Below, in pieces: positions 26,800 to 44,727 of a DNA stretch of 64,000 nt. Origin of the DNA: the human T2T-CHM13v2.0 reference genome, Homo sapiens; the NCBI RefSeq assembly GCF_009914755.1, contig NC_060938.1. One strand, given 5' to 3'. The position numbers were made by a program, and so were the translations under genes. The notes below the pieces were generated by a model, which worked only from the letters and a program-made list of their open reading frames with translations, searched no databases and was not told where the DNA came from. Every line of letters begins with the position of its first letter. The first letter of the stretch is position 1.

Positions 26800-26957
26800 C
26801 TCTTTTTTATTTTTTTTTCCATAGGTTATTGGGGTACGGTGGTATTTGGTTCCATGGGTAAGTTCTTTACTGGAGATTTGTGAGATTTGGGTGCACCCAT
26901 CACCCGAGCAGTGTACACTGCACCCTATTTGTAATCTTTTATCCCTTGCCCCCTCCC
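26800..26957 (-). mobile_element. L1PB-like 3' end
   Basis: CCATAGGTTATTGGGGTAC..GGTGCACCCATCACCCGAGCAGTGTACACTGCACCC with T-rich tail. Confidence 0.8.
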
Positions 26958-27371
26958 TATTAAATAATAGACCAAAAATAATGGGTTTAGAATAAATGAG
27001 TTCAAATGAATTGTCAAACGTATGTGGGAAAAGTGGAATCAGTTTTTGAGAAAAAGCAAAAAAGTCAACAGAAATGCTGCTAAAGCATCATCCCTTCATG
27101 GCTAGAGCTGCCAGGACCCCAGAACACCAAAATCAGCTAGGGAAATTTTGTAGAAGTCCCAGATGTACTGGATGTTCTGTGAATACACAGAGACATAATT
27201 ATAACTGTTACCTGCATGTAGAGTAAAGATGAGAAGGCATTGGTCATAGTGGCAGCTACCTCAGGAGTTACAAAGCAGACGTGGTTCCAGGACAGTATAT
27301 GTCAGGGCAAAGCTGTCCTCGGAGGCTATTAGGAGCTGGTTATGGCACAGACATTGTAAGTCAGATGGTCT

Positions 27372-27418
27372 CATTACTTTCAATGACAAAACCAAAATTA
27401 CTTTTGCATCAGCCAATA
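27372..27418. mobile_element. Partial MADE1 (Hsmar1-derived MITE)
   Basis: CATTACTTTCAATGACAAAACCAAAATTACTTTTGCATCAGCCAATA matches the spacer and one TIR. Confidence 0.7.
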
Positions 27419-27719
27419 CAACGGCCTGGCAAGAGCACAGAAAAAGTCCATGTGGCTGTTAGGTGGGGACCTCTGATGCAGCACAATTCCTTCATTCCCT
27501 TCTCCAAAACCCCCTCTTCCAATTCCACTGAAGAGAGAATCTGATGGAAGTCCTGTGTAAGCAGGCTCAGATATATCTACCACTATAGATAGTAGAGGTG
27601 ATTCACAAATGCAAGCCTATCAAATACATCATAAATAAGTTACACGTTTAATTTTTTTTGAAATTAGGGATCATTATATGAATCAAAACTGTCACTAATG
27701 TTTAAAAAGAAAAGAAAAA

Positions 27720-28173
27720 AACTGAACAAATAGATTCAGAAAAGGCCTTGAAGAGAGGGTTCTCATGCTTCTAGGCCTGATAACAACTATCACAAAATAC
27801 CACAAAAACCACAACCTTGCACAAAGGCCATAGCAACCTTACACAAAATACACTTCTGTGAGGACATCTATCCAGCAACCGCCTGCCCAAACTTCAACTG
27901 ACATCGACCTTGTTGTTGATCTTTATAGTCAAAGGTAACTATATCAAAACAATTATAGAAGCCTCTTCATTTTTCCTTTATTTATTTTTTTCTACTCCCC
28001 CATACTTCCAGGTATCCAGGTTGATCATTTTTCTTTTAAAGACCTTGTCTTCCTTTACCATTTGAATCTATATAGTTTGCTTTGTCATGCATATTCCCAT
28101 TGCAGTGCCCTCCTCCCTAAGATGTGTCTTTTTCCTTTAGAGAGCCTTTCTCTGTTTGTTATTTAGGTTTACA
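27720..28173 (+). mobile_element. MER34-family-like ERV1 LTR
   Basis: CACAACCTTGCACAAAGGCCA..; 3' end AGAGAGCCTTTCTCTGTTTGTTATTTAGGTTTACA. Confidence 0.6.
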
Positions 28174-29477
28174 ATGAGAAGGCGTGTAAAGTATTTTTAC
28201 TGTCTTCCTAGGAAAAAATCACTGACTTACAGTATTTATATTTATTTATTTACATTCCTGGGGATGAGGAATTAAAGATTTCATATATTTTCTTATTGAG
28301 AAGATCCAAGTTTTCATGTGAGCAAAACTGAATATGTAAATTGATATGTAAATTATGCTGCAGATAATATGGTCAAATGTTTACTTGTATTTAATTTGTT
28401 ACACATGAATATTGCATATGTAAGATAATATACTAAGAAATTATCACATTTAATGAAATGTTTTAATCAAATTCCTGATTGAATTTTTGATATCAATATC
28501 TTTTTCATTGTTTAATCCATCTTTAGGTTGAACAGGGCTTTATAGGCCAAAGTTCTCACTTCTATCTAAATTGAGTTACAGAACTTTTTGAATTTATTAT
28601 GTTGTCACAGGAAGTTTCTTATTGCTGTTTAAAGGAGTCTCTCTCAATATGATGCAGAATGCAAAAGCACTGAAGGGCATATATCCTGAGTTTCTGTTAC
28701 TGAAGCCAAAGGTTGCCAATTTCTTGTAGATCCTGCTAGAGGTAAACTGCATTTAAGTAATTATTAAAAGCTGTATTTATTCCCTCACTTGAAATTTTGA
28801 TTTCACACTATTAGGACTAATCCTCTAAGTCTTTGTTAAGTTATGTTCCTCTTTTTCTTGTAGCTTGACTTTGATGATCTCTATATGCAACATCAATTGA
28901 CATAAATTAAAGTACATTCAGGGCAAGAGAGTTTCTTTAAATATTACTTTGTTATTCAAAATAATCACAAAAGCACTCATCGTAGGAAAACTTGTGAGGA
29001 CTCAAATATAGGGAAATACTTTTTCTTTCTAAGGCATAATTCTGTAAAGAAATTCACCTTAATTTGAATATACATGGGAAAATATCCTTGTTCAATAATA
29101 GTCTATATTCACTCTGTTTTCTTCCCTCATAGACCAGCCGGTTCACTATTATTCTCCAAATGATGTGTGCCTCTCTAGAGTCCAGGCTATCTACATATCT
29201 AATTTTCCCACAAATTACTGTTTTGAATTGCACTGAATTCAATTTAAGGGGATGTCATTTATAAAAAGTGCAAATATATACTGCACGAGGGATCTTAAAA
29301 ATCATACACATGGTTTGATCCATAAGCTCATATGAGCGTGCAATGTCAACTTTTTTCATGTTTTTTTAAGTCCACTTAAATTCTATTTTAAGCCACCATC
29401 TGCCTGTGCTGTTAGGGCAGTTAGCCTTAAATCATTTTAAGATGCTCCCTTCTAAGTACTGTGATAGTGATAGAGAT

Positions 29478-29875
29478 GTCACCAGTCAAGTGTCCTAGGA
29501 AGCCGACTCTGAGTTGGAGATTTGCATGCAAGGAGGTTGAAATGATATTCCCAACACCCGTGGAAGAGTGAAAGCAATAGGATTGGGTGGAGCAGGAAGT
29601 CGGCTGGAATGCAATCACTATCATGGCCGCAGTCCACTCTACAGGGATCTTGGTGAGTTTACCTAATGACCTCGAATTGGAGCAAGCAAACAAGGCCATT
29701 ATATTTCTGTACCAAGCAGTTCTCGGATGTGGGATGCCTTGAGAAGGGACATGGACTTGGATGAAGGAACTTTACTGTGCTGTGAGTATTGTTGACAGGA
29801 GTCAGCTGTCAACACTCCCAGGAGAAGGGGAATTATGCTTTAGTCACGGAGGCGGCATCTAGTGTCAGACCACAG
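29478..29875 (-). mobile_element. ERVL-type LTR (LTR33-like)
   Basis: GGAAGCCGACTCTGAGTTGGAGATTTGCATGCAAGGAGGTT..GGATTGGG. Confidence 0.55.
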
Positions 29876-30428
29876 CCTTGTTAAACAGAGCCAGAATTTG
29901 GAGGATGGATGGTGGGTTTAACATTCGGGGCTTGACGTCTTGCCCCCACAAGCTGCTGCTGGCCTCTTCCTTGTCCATTTCTGTGTGGCTTGTTTAGGCC
30001 CCCCAGCTTCCTGCTTCTTCTTTACCATATTTGGAATGCAAAAATCTACACGTAATTTGGCCCATGGTCCCTTCTGCTTAGACATATCCTTGTAGCTATT
30101 TTTTTTTAAAGATGACTATGCCTTCTACAATATTTCTAAGAAACTGCCGAAGTCACGACTGCTCACCAAGAGGCCTTCGTTTTTTCCTCTTCTTAAACAT
30201 GGGAAAGGAATGTAGGAGTGTAGGGAGTGGATATTTTCTAACCTGGAAAAAACTCATTTTACCCTATATAATTTTTTTTAGCAAATTCCTTCTTTGCACT
30301 TACTCCACAATCTTTCCAAATTCTCCCAAATGCTCAAGCTTTTAAAAAACAAAAGACAGAAAGGACAGCAAGTTATTAGTTTTTCCACCAAACCTTTTCT
30401 TTCTATTCGTTTACATCAGTGAGCTTAG

Positions 30429-30857
<429 letters not shown>

Positions 30858-33282
30858 TTGCTTTGTAATTTTTACATCATATATCCCGTGTTAGACCAAG
30901 AGCTTGTAAAAGCCAGAAGACATATACCATTTATAGTTCAATTAGAGATGTTCACTGATAAAACTGATTCTTCCATCTGAGGGTGGTATTTGTAGTTACA
31001 GTAATGTAGATGACAATCTAAGTTATGTTCTATAAACTGTGTCACTGACATCTCAATCTACAGCTAACTTTAATTTTTTAAAAGCAGAGGAGTGGGTTGT
31101 ATAGGTTTAGAAATATATCCATTAAGCTAGTTAAGTGAGATAGATTCAAACCTTCAACTCACTGGAATATTTACCAAATTGTCTATTCATTAGCTAAAGG
31201 AACCAAATAAACAAGGTACTTTTCAAAATTCAAAATTATGTAAGGTTTTATTTCCTTTTTATGCTGTTATGAATTGGATTGTAGAGGTTATAAGGTAAAA
31301 TAAGATTACTTTTACAGTAAAACATACAACACATTGTCACAAGAGGGCAGCCTTTGAACATGAATTTATTCTCAGGCATTCCTTGAAATTTTGAGACAGT
31401 TACTTTAATTAACACAACTAAATAATAAAACACTACAGAGGATTTAAGAAGATACTTTGACTTATGCATATTGTTACTTTTTTATTACTGCTAGTGGAAG
31501 ATGTAATCGATAAGGAAGGTAAGGGCTGAATTTGTTTTATCTAAAAAGACAAATTTCTTTGGGTTTGAGCTTTCAAATATCAACATAGCAGGTCAATGTC
31601 TAAATGAGTGTATCAAAGTTCTCACACTAGCACATGTAAATCCACCTCTTATCTACCCAAAACTCTAACCAAGCAAAGGCAAGTTGGAAGAATGTAAGTG
31701 CCTAGGATACATAAATGCCACTGGATTTTATGTTTTTAACTTTCAACCTCCCAAGTTTCAGTAAGAGACATGTTATTTGGAGAAGTTGCTAAAGTGTAGT
31801 TGTATGATGTCTCTGTGTACGGTTAGTCTGGACCTCTTTCTGTCCAGTGGTTGCCCTCAACTGATTGGAGTCACCTCTCTAAAGATCATGCTTATGTCCC
31901 TGGAGCAGTTCACAGCACTATCAATGTCTGATCTCCACCTTTTTCCAATTAATATTTCTGTACTTACTGAATTGGAAAACATACAGGTGATTTTTTCCTG
32001 GTCACTTGTGGTTTTACAACACTCCCGCCACTTCCCCACAACTGCCCCAGGTTATTTTGATGCCAGCCAAAGTGTGAGAACTACTGGCAGCTGCTGGCAG
32101 ACAGCAGCAAAGGCCCAAATCCTCGGTGTGATTTCAAGACCCATATCTGGTTTTCAGCCATATTTCCTTCTCCTTCTCACAGCAGAGCCCACTCCTCCTC
32201 CCTCACCACCTGTAGGCTATGCTTTCCAGCTTGTGTCCAGGATTAGTCCTTACGTAAGGCACATGGGGTTTAAGGATCTCTCTCTTCAGTCTTATTTCTG
32301 CACCATCTCTGACAGATATATTCCAGTTGTGATCATGGGGCTACCTCCTTTTCTTTCCAGTCCCATGCTCGTTTTCTCTATCACATTCTACCTTGTAATA
32401 ACCTAAATCTTCTGGTGGGCAAGCTTCTTCCTCAATCAAATTTGTGTTTATGATTGTGTTGGGGATTGGCTTAGTAATCCAGGTACTGCTACTGCCTTGA
32501 AAGCGGAGACTGCATCCTTCTGTCTGGATTTCTTGGGTTTCTGGATTGTAAACCTTATTAGGGCCCATTTTTCCTAGAATTGGAGCCTCTACTTTGTTCT
32601 TGCTACCTTAGTTCACCCAGAAAGCATGATCTCTGCCTGAATTTCAAAGTGTTGGCTAGTTTAAATATCCTTTTGTGAGACTTTTGTCTTCCTGCGGGGT
32701 GATTTTTTCATCTTGCATACCATTGCTAATCTTTTTATCTTGAATGTAATTGAAATAGTTTTAATCTGTGTTACCAGCAACAAGAACCCCTTTTATGAGA
32801 TGGAGAGGCCAGGTCAGTCTCATAACATGTGTCCCCCTCCGTGTGTTGAATTTATGTCAGAGCCAGGTTCTTTCCTATGTGATGTCTCTCACCAAATTCC
32901 AGTGTTTATGTCCTAGGAGGTGCCCAATAAATTCTAGAGTTGATACAAGCTGTAATTTTAGAGAAATTAAATTAGCAATTAGAATTAGATTACGTACAAT
33001 CTAATCACCTTTTCTTTTTCTTTCTGAGGATGACCAAGATTTGGGCTTCAGTGACAATAGCTGTCCCCTAAATATTTATACTCAGAATCTAGGATTACCA
33101 GTACAATGTTGAATAGAGGTGATGAACACACACATTCCTTTCTTGTCCTAATCTATGTAGTTTAAACATTTACGCTTTCACCATTAAATGTAATATTGTT
33201 TATATGTTGTGTTGTGGATGCTTTCCATCGCTTTGAGAAAATTTCTTTTTCTAGCTTGCTGAGAGGTTCTTTTTAAAATCAG

Positions 33283-33900
33283 CAATAGATATTTCTCCAA
33301 AGAAAATATCCAAATGACCAACAGATACATGAAAAAAATGCTCAGCATCACTAATCATCAGGGAAATGCAAATCAAAACCACAAAGAGATATTGCCTCAA
33401 ACCTGTTAGAATGGTCTTATTAAAAGAAAAAGATAACGAGTGATAACAATGGGGAGAAATTGGAACACTTATACAGTGTTTCTGGAAAAGTAAAACTGTG
33501 CAGCCTCTATGGAAAACAGTACGGTGGTTCCTCAAAAAAATTAAGAAACTAGAACTACCATATGATCTAGCAATCCACTTCAGGTTATTTATCTGAAAGA
33601 ATTGAGATTGGGATGATTCTCAGGCTCATTGCAGCATTATTTACACTAATCAAAATGTGGAAATGAGGTTAATGTCTATTGGCAGATGAATAGATAAAGA
33701 AAATGTGGTATATTCATACAACGGAATATTATTCAGCTTTAAAACAAGAAAGCCCGGCAATATGCAACATGGATGAACGTAGAGGACATTAATGCTAAGT
33801 AAAGTAAATCAGTCACAGAAGGACAAACTGTATGATTCCACTTGTATAAGGTATCTAAGATAGCCAAATTCATTAGAATCACATATTAGAATGGTGATAG
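33283..33900 (+). mobile_element. Old L1 (L1MA/MB-like) ORF2 end and 3'UTR
   Basis: ATGCTCAGCATCACTAATCATCAGGGAAATGCAAATCAAAACCAC; CAGTCACAGAAGGACAAA. Confidence 0.85.
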
Positions 33901-33904
33901 CTCT

Positions 33905-37450
<3,546 letters not shown>

Positions 37451-39459
37451 ATCAAATGTGTATTTAATTTTTTTTAGAGTTAACAGTTTTTTTCCCTGCA
37501 TTTGACTTAGACCTGAGCTACTATCGCATTTTGTAATTCAAACTTTTTTTCTAACAATGTTTTAAAAAACTCTTTATTTGGAGGGAATTCTCAAATTTCT
37601 AAATACTCTACAAACATTAGGATCAGGGCTCACATTCCCAGTTTCCCTTGTAGCCAGATGTACATATGGAAAATGACCTCAGTTAATGAAGCATACCCAC
37701 ATATTTGAAACTCAGAAAAGTGTTAAGAGGAACTGTAGATATCATGTTAGTTGATGCAAGGATGGAAAAAAATAACCAACTTTCACTGGTGAACTTTGTC
37801 TTCAATCATTGTTTTCCCGTGGGTAAGTGGCTAATTTTCTGGCCTAGAGGTGCAATTGGTGTGTTGGTAACAATTGATTTGATGATAACCTGCATTTGTC
37901 TTTTTAAAAATTGCTAATCCACCATTGTTTCTGGTCCTGTTTTATACTTATGCAGTGTATAATCTCTCATGCAAAATTTAGTTCTTTGTTTCTCAGCTTA
38001 AACTGGATTTTGATGAGCAGTTTTCACCTTCAAATGAAAGAAATGGCTTTGGTTGATGTTAAACAAAAATAACAAGAGGGAATTAAAGAAATATGTTTGT
38101 CATCTTGTAATATTAAATAAATGAAACTGAAAATTCAACAATTCTGCTTCATAAAAAAAGAAAGTTTCTACTGTTTTTCATTATTTTTGAAGCTATATGA
38201 TTAAATGAAATTTCCGCCTCATGGAAGGTTTTTAGAACTATGTAATAATACCATAGAGACCATTAGGAGAGAAATGAATAAAGACTGAAAGAAGTAAGCA
38301 CTGTGTGGTAAAGTAGATGGCACATAGTTGTGTGCGTGGAGCCCTAATACATTTTACCATGGAATTTATACAATAAATGTTAGTTTCCTGTGAACCTGCT
38401 AATTAATATGACTTTCTCAGACATTTCCTTAACCTAAACAGTTTAGGTTTCCTGTAGATAGACTGCATGTAATCTCATCTTTAACCTTTCCATAATCTTC
38501 CCTAATTACAGATGTCATTGGTTCTTAATAGCAAAAGAACAGCAGTAGCTTATAAAGTTATATTATTTGTTTTTTACTAATATGTGAAGTGATTTTGTCT
38601 TTCATTTCACCTCTAAAGCTAATTATGTCTTCTAAGTTAACAAAAATTCCAGATCATACCATCATTAGTTTAAACTTTACAATGAATTCATTCTTTCCAT
38701 TTATTACTAGCCTGCATTATAGCAATATTTAGCTAATGAATTCTCAAAATATTTCTTGAAAGGTGAAAGAGTACCTCAAGTAAATGGTGTAATTAATTTA
38801 TTTATCAGATTTTTAAATTAAGTGTTCTGTTTAATCTCAAAGGGGTACCAATGAAGTTAGGGCATAAGGAGTCCATGGTTAATAAAATGGCAAGAATTAA
38901 AAAAGATTATTACATTTTTTCCTCATACTATGATGGCTATAATTTTTTAAAACAGTAGAAATGTTTAATTTTTAAAGGCTACTAGTGTCTATTTCATTCA
39001 AAGATGTGAGGTCATCAGTTCAACTTGTTGTTTGAAATTTGAATAGCTTTTTCTTGCTCTTGTTCAATACAGTTATTAAACAGTCCAGGCAGGCCTCTGG
39101 AGTTACATATATGTATGTGGCTATGTGTGTATATATACATAGAAGTATAAATAGCATACAATCAATTTACCTAATACTTTTGCTTTTGATGAAAATTCTT
39201 CTAAAAGTGAATGTAAATTAATAGCATATGGAGCCTACAAAAATTGTCTAATAGGGAAGTAGGAAAATATAATTTGTGAAGAAAAAGTTGGCTAAAACAG
39301 ACTTTTTATTTTTACATGTAATAACTTTATATTGAAGGGTTTCCAGAAATATAAAATGTTATACGGCACTTATACTGAGACACACAAAGGAGACAAGGGA
39401 TAGAGCTAGGATGGAAATGAAAATAAAGGACAAATAGAGATAGATACTTAAGTGGAAAT

Positions 39460-39703
39460 GAAACACTGCATGTTCTCACTCATAGGTGGGAATTGAACAG
39501 TGAGAACACATGGACACAGGAAGGGGAACATCACATACCAGGGCCTGTTGTGGGGTGGGGGAGGGGGGAGGGATAGCATTAAGACATATACCTAATGCTA
39601 AATGACGAGTTAATGGGTGCAGCACACCAACATGGCACATGTATACATATGTAACTAAACTGCAGGTTGTGCACATATGCCCTAAAACTTAAAGTACAAA
39701 AAC
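39460..39703 (+). mobile_element. 5'-truncated L1PA 3' end
   Basis: CATGTTCTCACTCATAGGTGGGAATTGAAC, G-tract, CCCTAAAACTTAAAGTA. Confidence 0.92.
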
Positions 39704-41622
39704 AAGTCATCAAACAGGTGGTAATTTTAAAACATGGCTTTTCCAGGCAGCAAATTTTCTGAATGTATCGCAAAAGAAGATAAATTGTGTGTCTATGTAG
39801 ATCATGTCAATGAAATAAACAATAAAGGTTACTTATTGGAATATTGAAAGTGGTTGATAATAAATTAATTATTTATATTTATGGTAAAAGCAATAAACTT
39901 GATTTTTAGGGGGTTCAATGACTTCCTGAAAATATCCTCTCACAGATTTTCTCAGAGCGTCTAGTTGGCAAAAGCACAGCTCCAAATAGCTATTTCTGTC
40001 AATGTCTACAGAACATTTACAGTTCGATTTCCAAAAGTTTCCATTTCTACTGACCTTACAAATTTGTAAAATGAATGCCCACCAGGAAAAAATATTAAGT
40101 GATAAAATTAATTGGATCCTACAAGTGAAAATATAGGCAAGGAAAATCTTCCTTCTTAATGAATGATTTTTATGTCTCTTCCTTCTTGTCCTTCTAGGTA
40201 GAGCAACACTCTGGAGACCTTCTTTTGAGGCATTTCACCACCAGAGTAAGTGTGATGTATGACTAATTAGTCCACCCACAGGGAGCTGGTGAAATTAAAT
40301 TGGAAGTTATTTCTTAACTGGCATATCTTGGAGTAAAATTCATCTAATAATAGCTTTCATAAGAGAGCATAAGCTTAAAAGACAACATTTTTCATTCAAC
40401 TTTACCAAACAAAGTGCAAATTTAGGTGTCCAGTTGTGAAGTTTGGTTGTGTGTGGATTGTACAGTGAAGGTACCAGTGGACAACAGTTGCTCATCAAGC
40501 AAGTTTATACAAAAGCTTTTGGACAAGTCCAACTCTAGATAAAATTCTAAAGTATTTCATGCTTGTGTTCAGAGTTTCTTTTTCTCTCTCCAAGGTAACA
40601 CACATATCAAAAGACATATGGGTTGTGGGTAGAACTTCCTAAAATTGCTGGTGAGAAGTGTGCCATGCATAAACATACTTCACTAGCTTGAATTTTCTGT
40701 TAGTCTCACAGGAAACAATTACAATCCTGTATGTTTTTCTATCTCCACACACTCCTGAACATAGAAAGACCAAGTAACATCCTCGGTTAAGATGTGTACA
40801 GGTTACAAGACATGTCTAAATATATTCACCAAGAGGTTTATTATTTTAACAGTGGCATTCACTAAATCAGTTGTCAGTGTAGCATTACTCAAGGAATAAG
40901 CAGGGTCTTTAATTTATCAAAGTTTGGAGTCCACCCCAAGTTGGATCACTGAAGCACATAACTATAGATAAGGTCACTCAAAAACACAAATCCAGGTAAT
41001 AAATATTCAGTAGTAGTTTATATGCATTTAGCAATTTGAATGCTGGGAAATGTAGCCCAGAAAATCAATCGACATTGAACTATTAAAGAGGCATTCATGG
41101 CACCTGCACTTTGAATCTCTTCAGACTCAGGTTAAACAGGAGACACGGTAGCTCATGTATACTGCAAAAACCCTTCCTCTTTCCCTTTTTATCTATGAAC
41201 CTACCCTTTTCAATGTTATCTAGATGCCTGAAGGTATGAATACCCTTGATCTTAGTAAAAAATGGTACCACCCATCAGCAAAATCTCACTGATCAGTGTC
41301 TATGTTACCTCACTGAGTTAGCCTTTTGTGTTGTTGTGGCCCAGGATGACAATGTTGACAGATTCCAAGCCAGTAGTTGGAAAGTTAATGTTGGATACGT
41401 CTTTGACAATTGATGGAATGACCTGAAATCAAATGTGAGGCAGTGGAGACACAAGAATGCTATTCAGGCAGTGAGTGATCTGTGGAGATACTAAATGAAA
41501 TATCTGGAAGGAATTGTAATCTTGCAACTATGCTTTTATGTGTTTTTTGACGTAAACAGTTTCTATTTATGGTGGAGCTGCAGTGTTCATTTCCCATGAA
41601 GTTCCCATAGTGTTAACTAATA

Positions 41623-41993
41623 CAGTCATGTGTCACTTAATGACAGGGGTGTGTCTGAGAAATGCATTGCTGGACAATTTTATTATTGTATGAACATCAC
41701 AGAGTTTACTTACACAAACCTAGATGCTATAGCTGATTACATGCCTAGCTTAGGTGGTATAGCCTATTCCTCCTAGGCTACAAACCTGTGCAGCATGTTA
41801 CTGTACTGAATACTGTAGGCAATTGTAACACAACAGTTAAGTATATCTATACTTACTTATATCTATACAGTAAGTGTATACATGTCTAAACATACAAGAG
41901 GTACAGTAAAAGTACAGTGTTATGATTTTACTGCACCACTGTCATACATGTGCACTATCCTTGACCAAAATGTTGTTATGTGATGCATGATTG
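41623..41993. mobile_element. Tigger3a/MER7-like DNA transposon MITE
   Basis: TIRs CAGTCATG / CATGATTG flanked by TA; internal ACACAAACCTAGATG..CCTAGGCTACAAACCTGT. Confidence 0.85.
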
Positions 41994-42489
41994 TAACAAA
42001 AGAATTAATTAAATATAATATTGAAGTGCCTATTGAGATTTCAATGAAGAAAGGAATATTTGTAAATTCTGATTACCTTAAGTGGGAATTGACTTTCTTC
42101 CTGTTTCCATGGCTGTTCTTGTGAAAGAGCATAGCTTTCCAAAGACCTGAAATCTCTGACAAATCTTGCAATTCTCTATTGCCTGCATTATGAAGGTCAC
42201 CTGGTGTCAAATGAGGCAAAATGGTAGATTATAAAGACCTGTACTTTATTGTCAGTTCCTAAACATAGCAAGCATTGGTCTATCTTGAACATTTCTGCCG
42301 TTATAAACGAGCCTTGGGTCATGATTTTCTGCCTTTTTATCATAGACAAGATTTAATTTAGGAGATGTCCTTTTAATGTGTAATGTGAATAGTAAGTGCC
42401 ACTTATGAAGCCTATTTTCTTCCAGCCATTTTAATTGTCAAATCTGTCCAGTCAAGATGCATTGTTAGAGGCTTCACTGACAACACCGT

Positions 42490-42521
42490 CTGTGTGTGTG
42501 TGTGTGTGTGTGCGTGTGTGT
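42490..42521. repeat. (TG)n microsatellite
   Basis: Direct reading. Confidence 0.97.
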
Positions 42522-42933
42522 ATACATACATATGATTGAGCAGGATTTATTGTAAGTCAAAACAGTCTCAAATTTCTTAGGACAATACAGCTTCCTTAGC
42601 CATTCCCTTGGAGCTCTGAGTTGAGGAGCTGGTGATGTGTATTTCTTTTGCATGTTCTCCACATTATCCCTATGCAGGCCTTCCATGGGCTTGGTTTTTG
42701 AACCAGTGATGAGGAAGATCATTAGAACTGTCGTTCTCAAAAAGCTTCCTCCATTCTTCTGTATAAGCAATGGCAATTTTCCCAGACCAATATTTCTTCT
42801 TTTGAAATGGTAAATTTTGAATATTAACTGGTTAGTATAATCCCATAAAATAACAAAGTTTGAGCCCTATGATCTGTGTTTTAGGCTCAAGTTGTGTTTT
42901 ATGCTAAATCATCATTTACTCCTTGTATGATCT

Positions 42934-43110
42934 TTTTTTTTTTTTTTTTTTTGAGACAGAGTCTCACACTGTCACTCAGGCTGCAGTGCAGTGGCACAAT
43001 TTTGGCTTACAGCAAGCTCCACCTCCCAGGTGCACACCATCCTTCTGCTTCAGCCTCCTGAGTAGCTGGGACTACAGGTGCCCGCCACCACACCCGGCTA
43101 ATTGTTTTTT
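42934..43110 (-). mobile_element. 5'-truncated Alu (right arm only)
   Basis: Poly(T) followed by right arm, ending at the central linker CCCGGCTAATT. Confidence 0.88.
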
Positions 43111-44727
43111 AAGATTAAGGGCGAAATAAAAGCTGCTCCCCTATGTTACATTCATAAATCAGAATTATTAAAGCAAGCTATTTATTTATTAGAAACACAT
43201 ACTCCAAATTTAGCATCTAAGACATTACAGCCTTTGAAGAGACATCAATTTACTTTTTAGGGTCTATAGCTATATTTGTATTCATGTTATTGGTGTCCAT
43301 ATTTCATTAGATGTTCTGGGTAAATTGATAAATGAAAATAATGTATGTGATAAGGAGAACGACCTAGGCCTCCTGGAGGGCCCCTTACAACTCAGCTGGT
43401 GTTAGCAGAAATGCCTGGGTGTAACAGTGAGAAACAACTTTTCAAAAGTGTTGAGCAATTTTTCAGGCAGAGGAATATGTATACCAATCCAGGCATCAAG
43501 AAAAGTGGAGGTCAGTTAAAAGATCAGGGTGTGATTACATTTTTTTTTTTAGGTTTCTACTGAGAGAAAATATAACACTCAGTTATTATTTTCTCTGCAT
43601 ACCTCTGGTTATTTTGTCACAACCTTTTATGTAAGCTACTACCAAACACTGGGTTATCCAAGATCTATGGGTCGTATTCAATATTTTCTTTTCCCTCAAC
43701 TACTAACACATTTGATTCCCTTTGTAACTTTCTCTCCTATTTCTCCTTTCAACCTGTTTTCTCCAACCACACTGAGTTAATAAGCCTCCTATATACTCTC
43801 ATAACCTGTTTTATCTAAAGAGATTTCCTTTTTCTACTATTATACCCATCTCATTCCCTAATTTATTTATTCTTATTTCTCTCTCTATTTTTTATTCTTT
43901 TAGGTATAGCTCATGTCTCATGACTTTCAAAAAGTTTTTCTTCTGATATTCCCAGCTCGAATTAGGTACATCCCAATCAGTTTCCTTAGACTTACAACTC
44001 TGCAAATTATTGGCTTGCAACCTGTCTTAGGCTGGGAATTAGCTCCTTGTAGGCAGGGGCTAGAATTTATTTACTCTTATGTCCATAATGCCTGACACAG
44101 GAACTATTCTCACATACAAATTGTAGGGCCATAATTCCTGAGAACATATGTACATTGTGGTGACTCATAAAGGCTTGAAATAAATTTTTAAAATGATTAA
44201 TTGGGAAGTCCATGAACTTGACATCTTGATGTAGAAGAAAAGCAAGGGCAGATGAAGAAGTTATACACGATACTTGAAATACCAGAAGAATATAATCATA
44301 GAGCAATAAATTAATCCTAGATTTTTAGATGTGAAGAAGTTCTGAGAAATATTTGAAGACATGGCTCTAGGGATGAGTACATAACAGAGACCATTAGCCA
44401 GAGTCAGAGCTTTTCAGAGTGAAGAAATTGCATTGCAGGGGGAAAGACTGTTGTATACTAAATAGAAATTGTCATTAAATAGAGACTAAGAGGCTGATGA
44501 TCTGTGGATGACAGACGCAAAAAGGTGTGGAGATAGAGGTAAATGCCATAATCTTCAAAGAAGATATTTTTGTGCCAGAAAGAAATAATAGATCTAGAAC
44601 GTAATAAAAGATAAATAGTTAACTACATTGTAATGTGGTCTGAGAACTCACTGAAGGCATAGCCATTGATATTAACTTCCACTTCGCTTCCAGACAAAAG
44701 ATTTTAAATATCTTAAAAATTCCATTT

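Noticed and set aside
27372-27418. Possible miR-548-type hairpin from MADE1
   Set aside because: Only one TIR is present, so the full palindrome cannot form.
31777-32406. 209-aa plus-strand ORF
   Set aside because: It has a TTG start and no recognisable motif; most likely a chance ORF, possibly in diverged repeat sequence.
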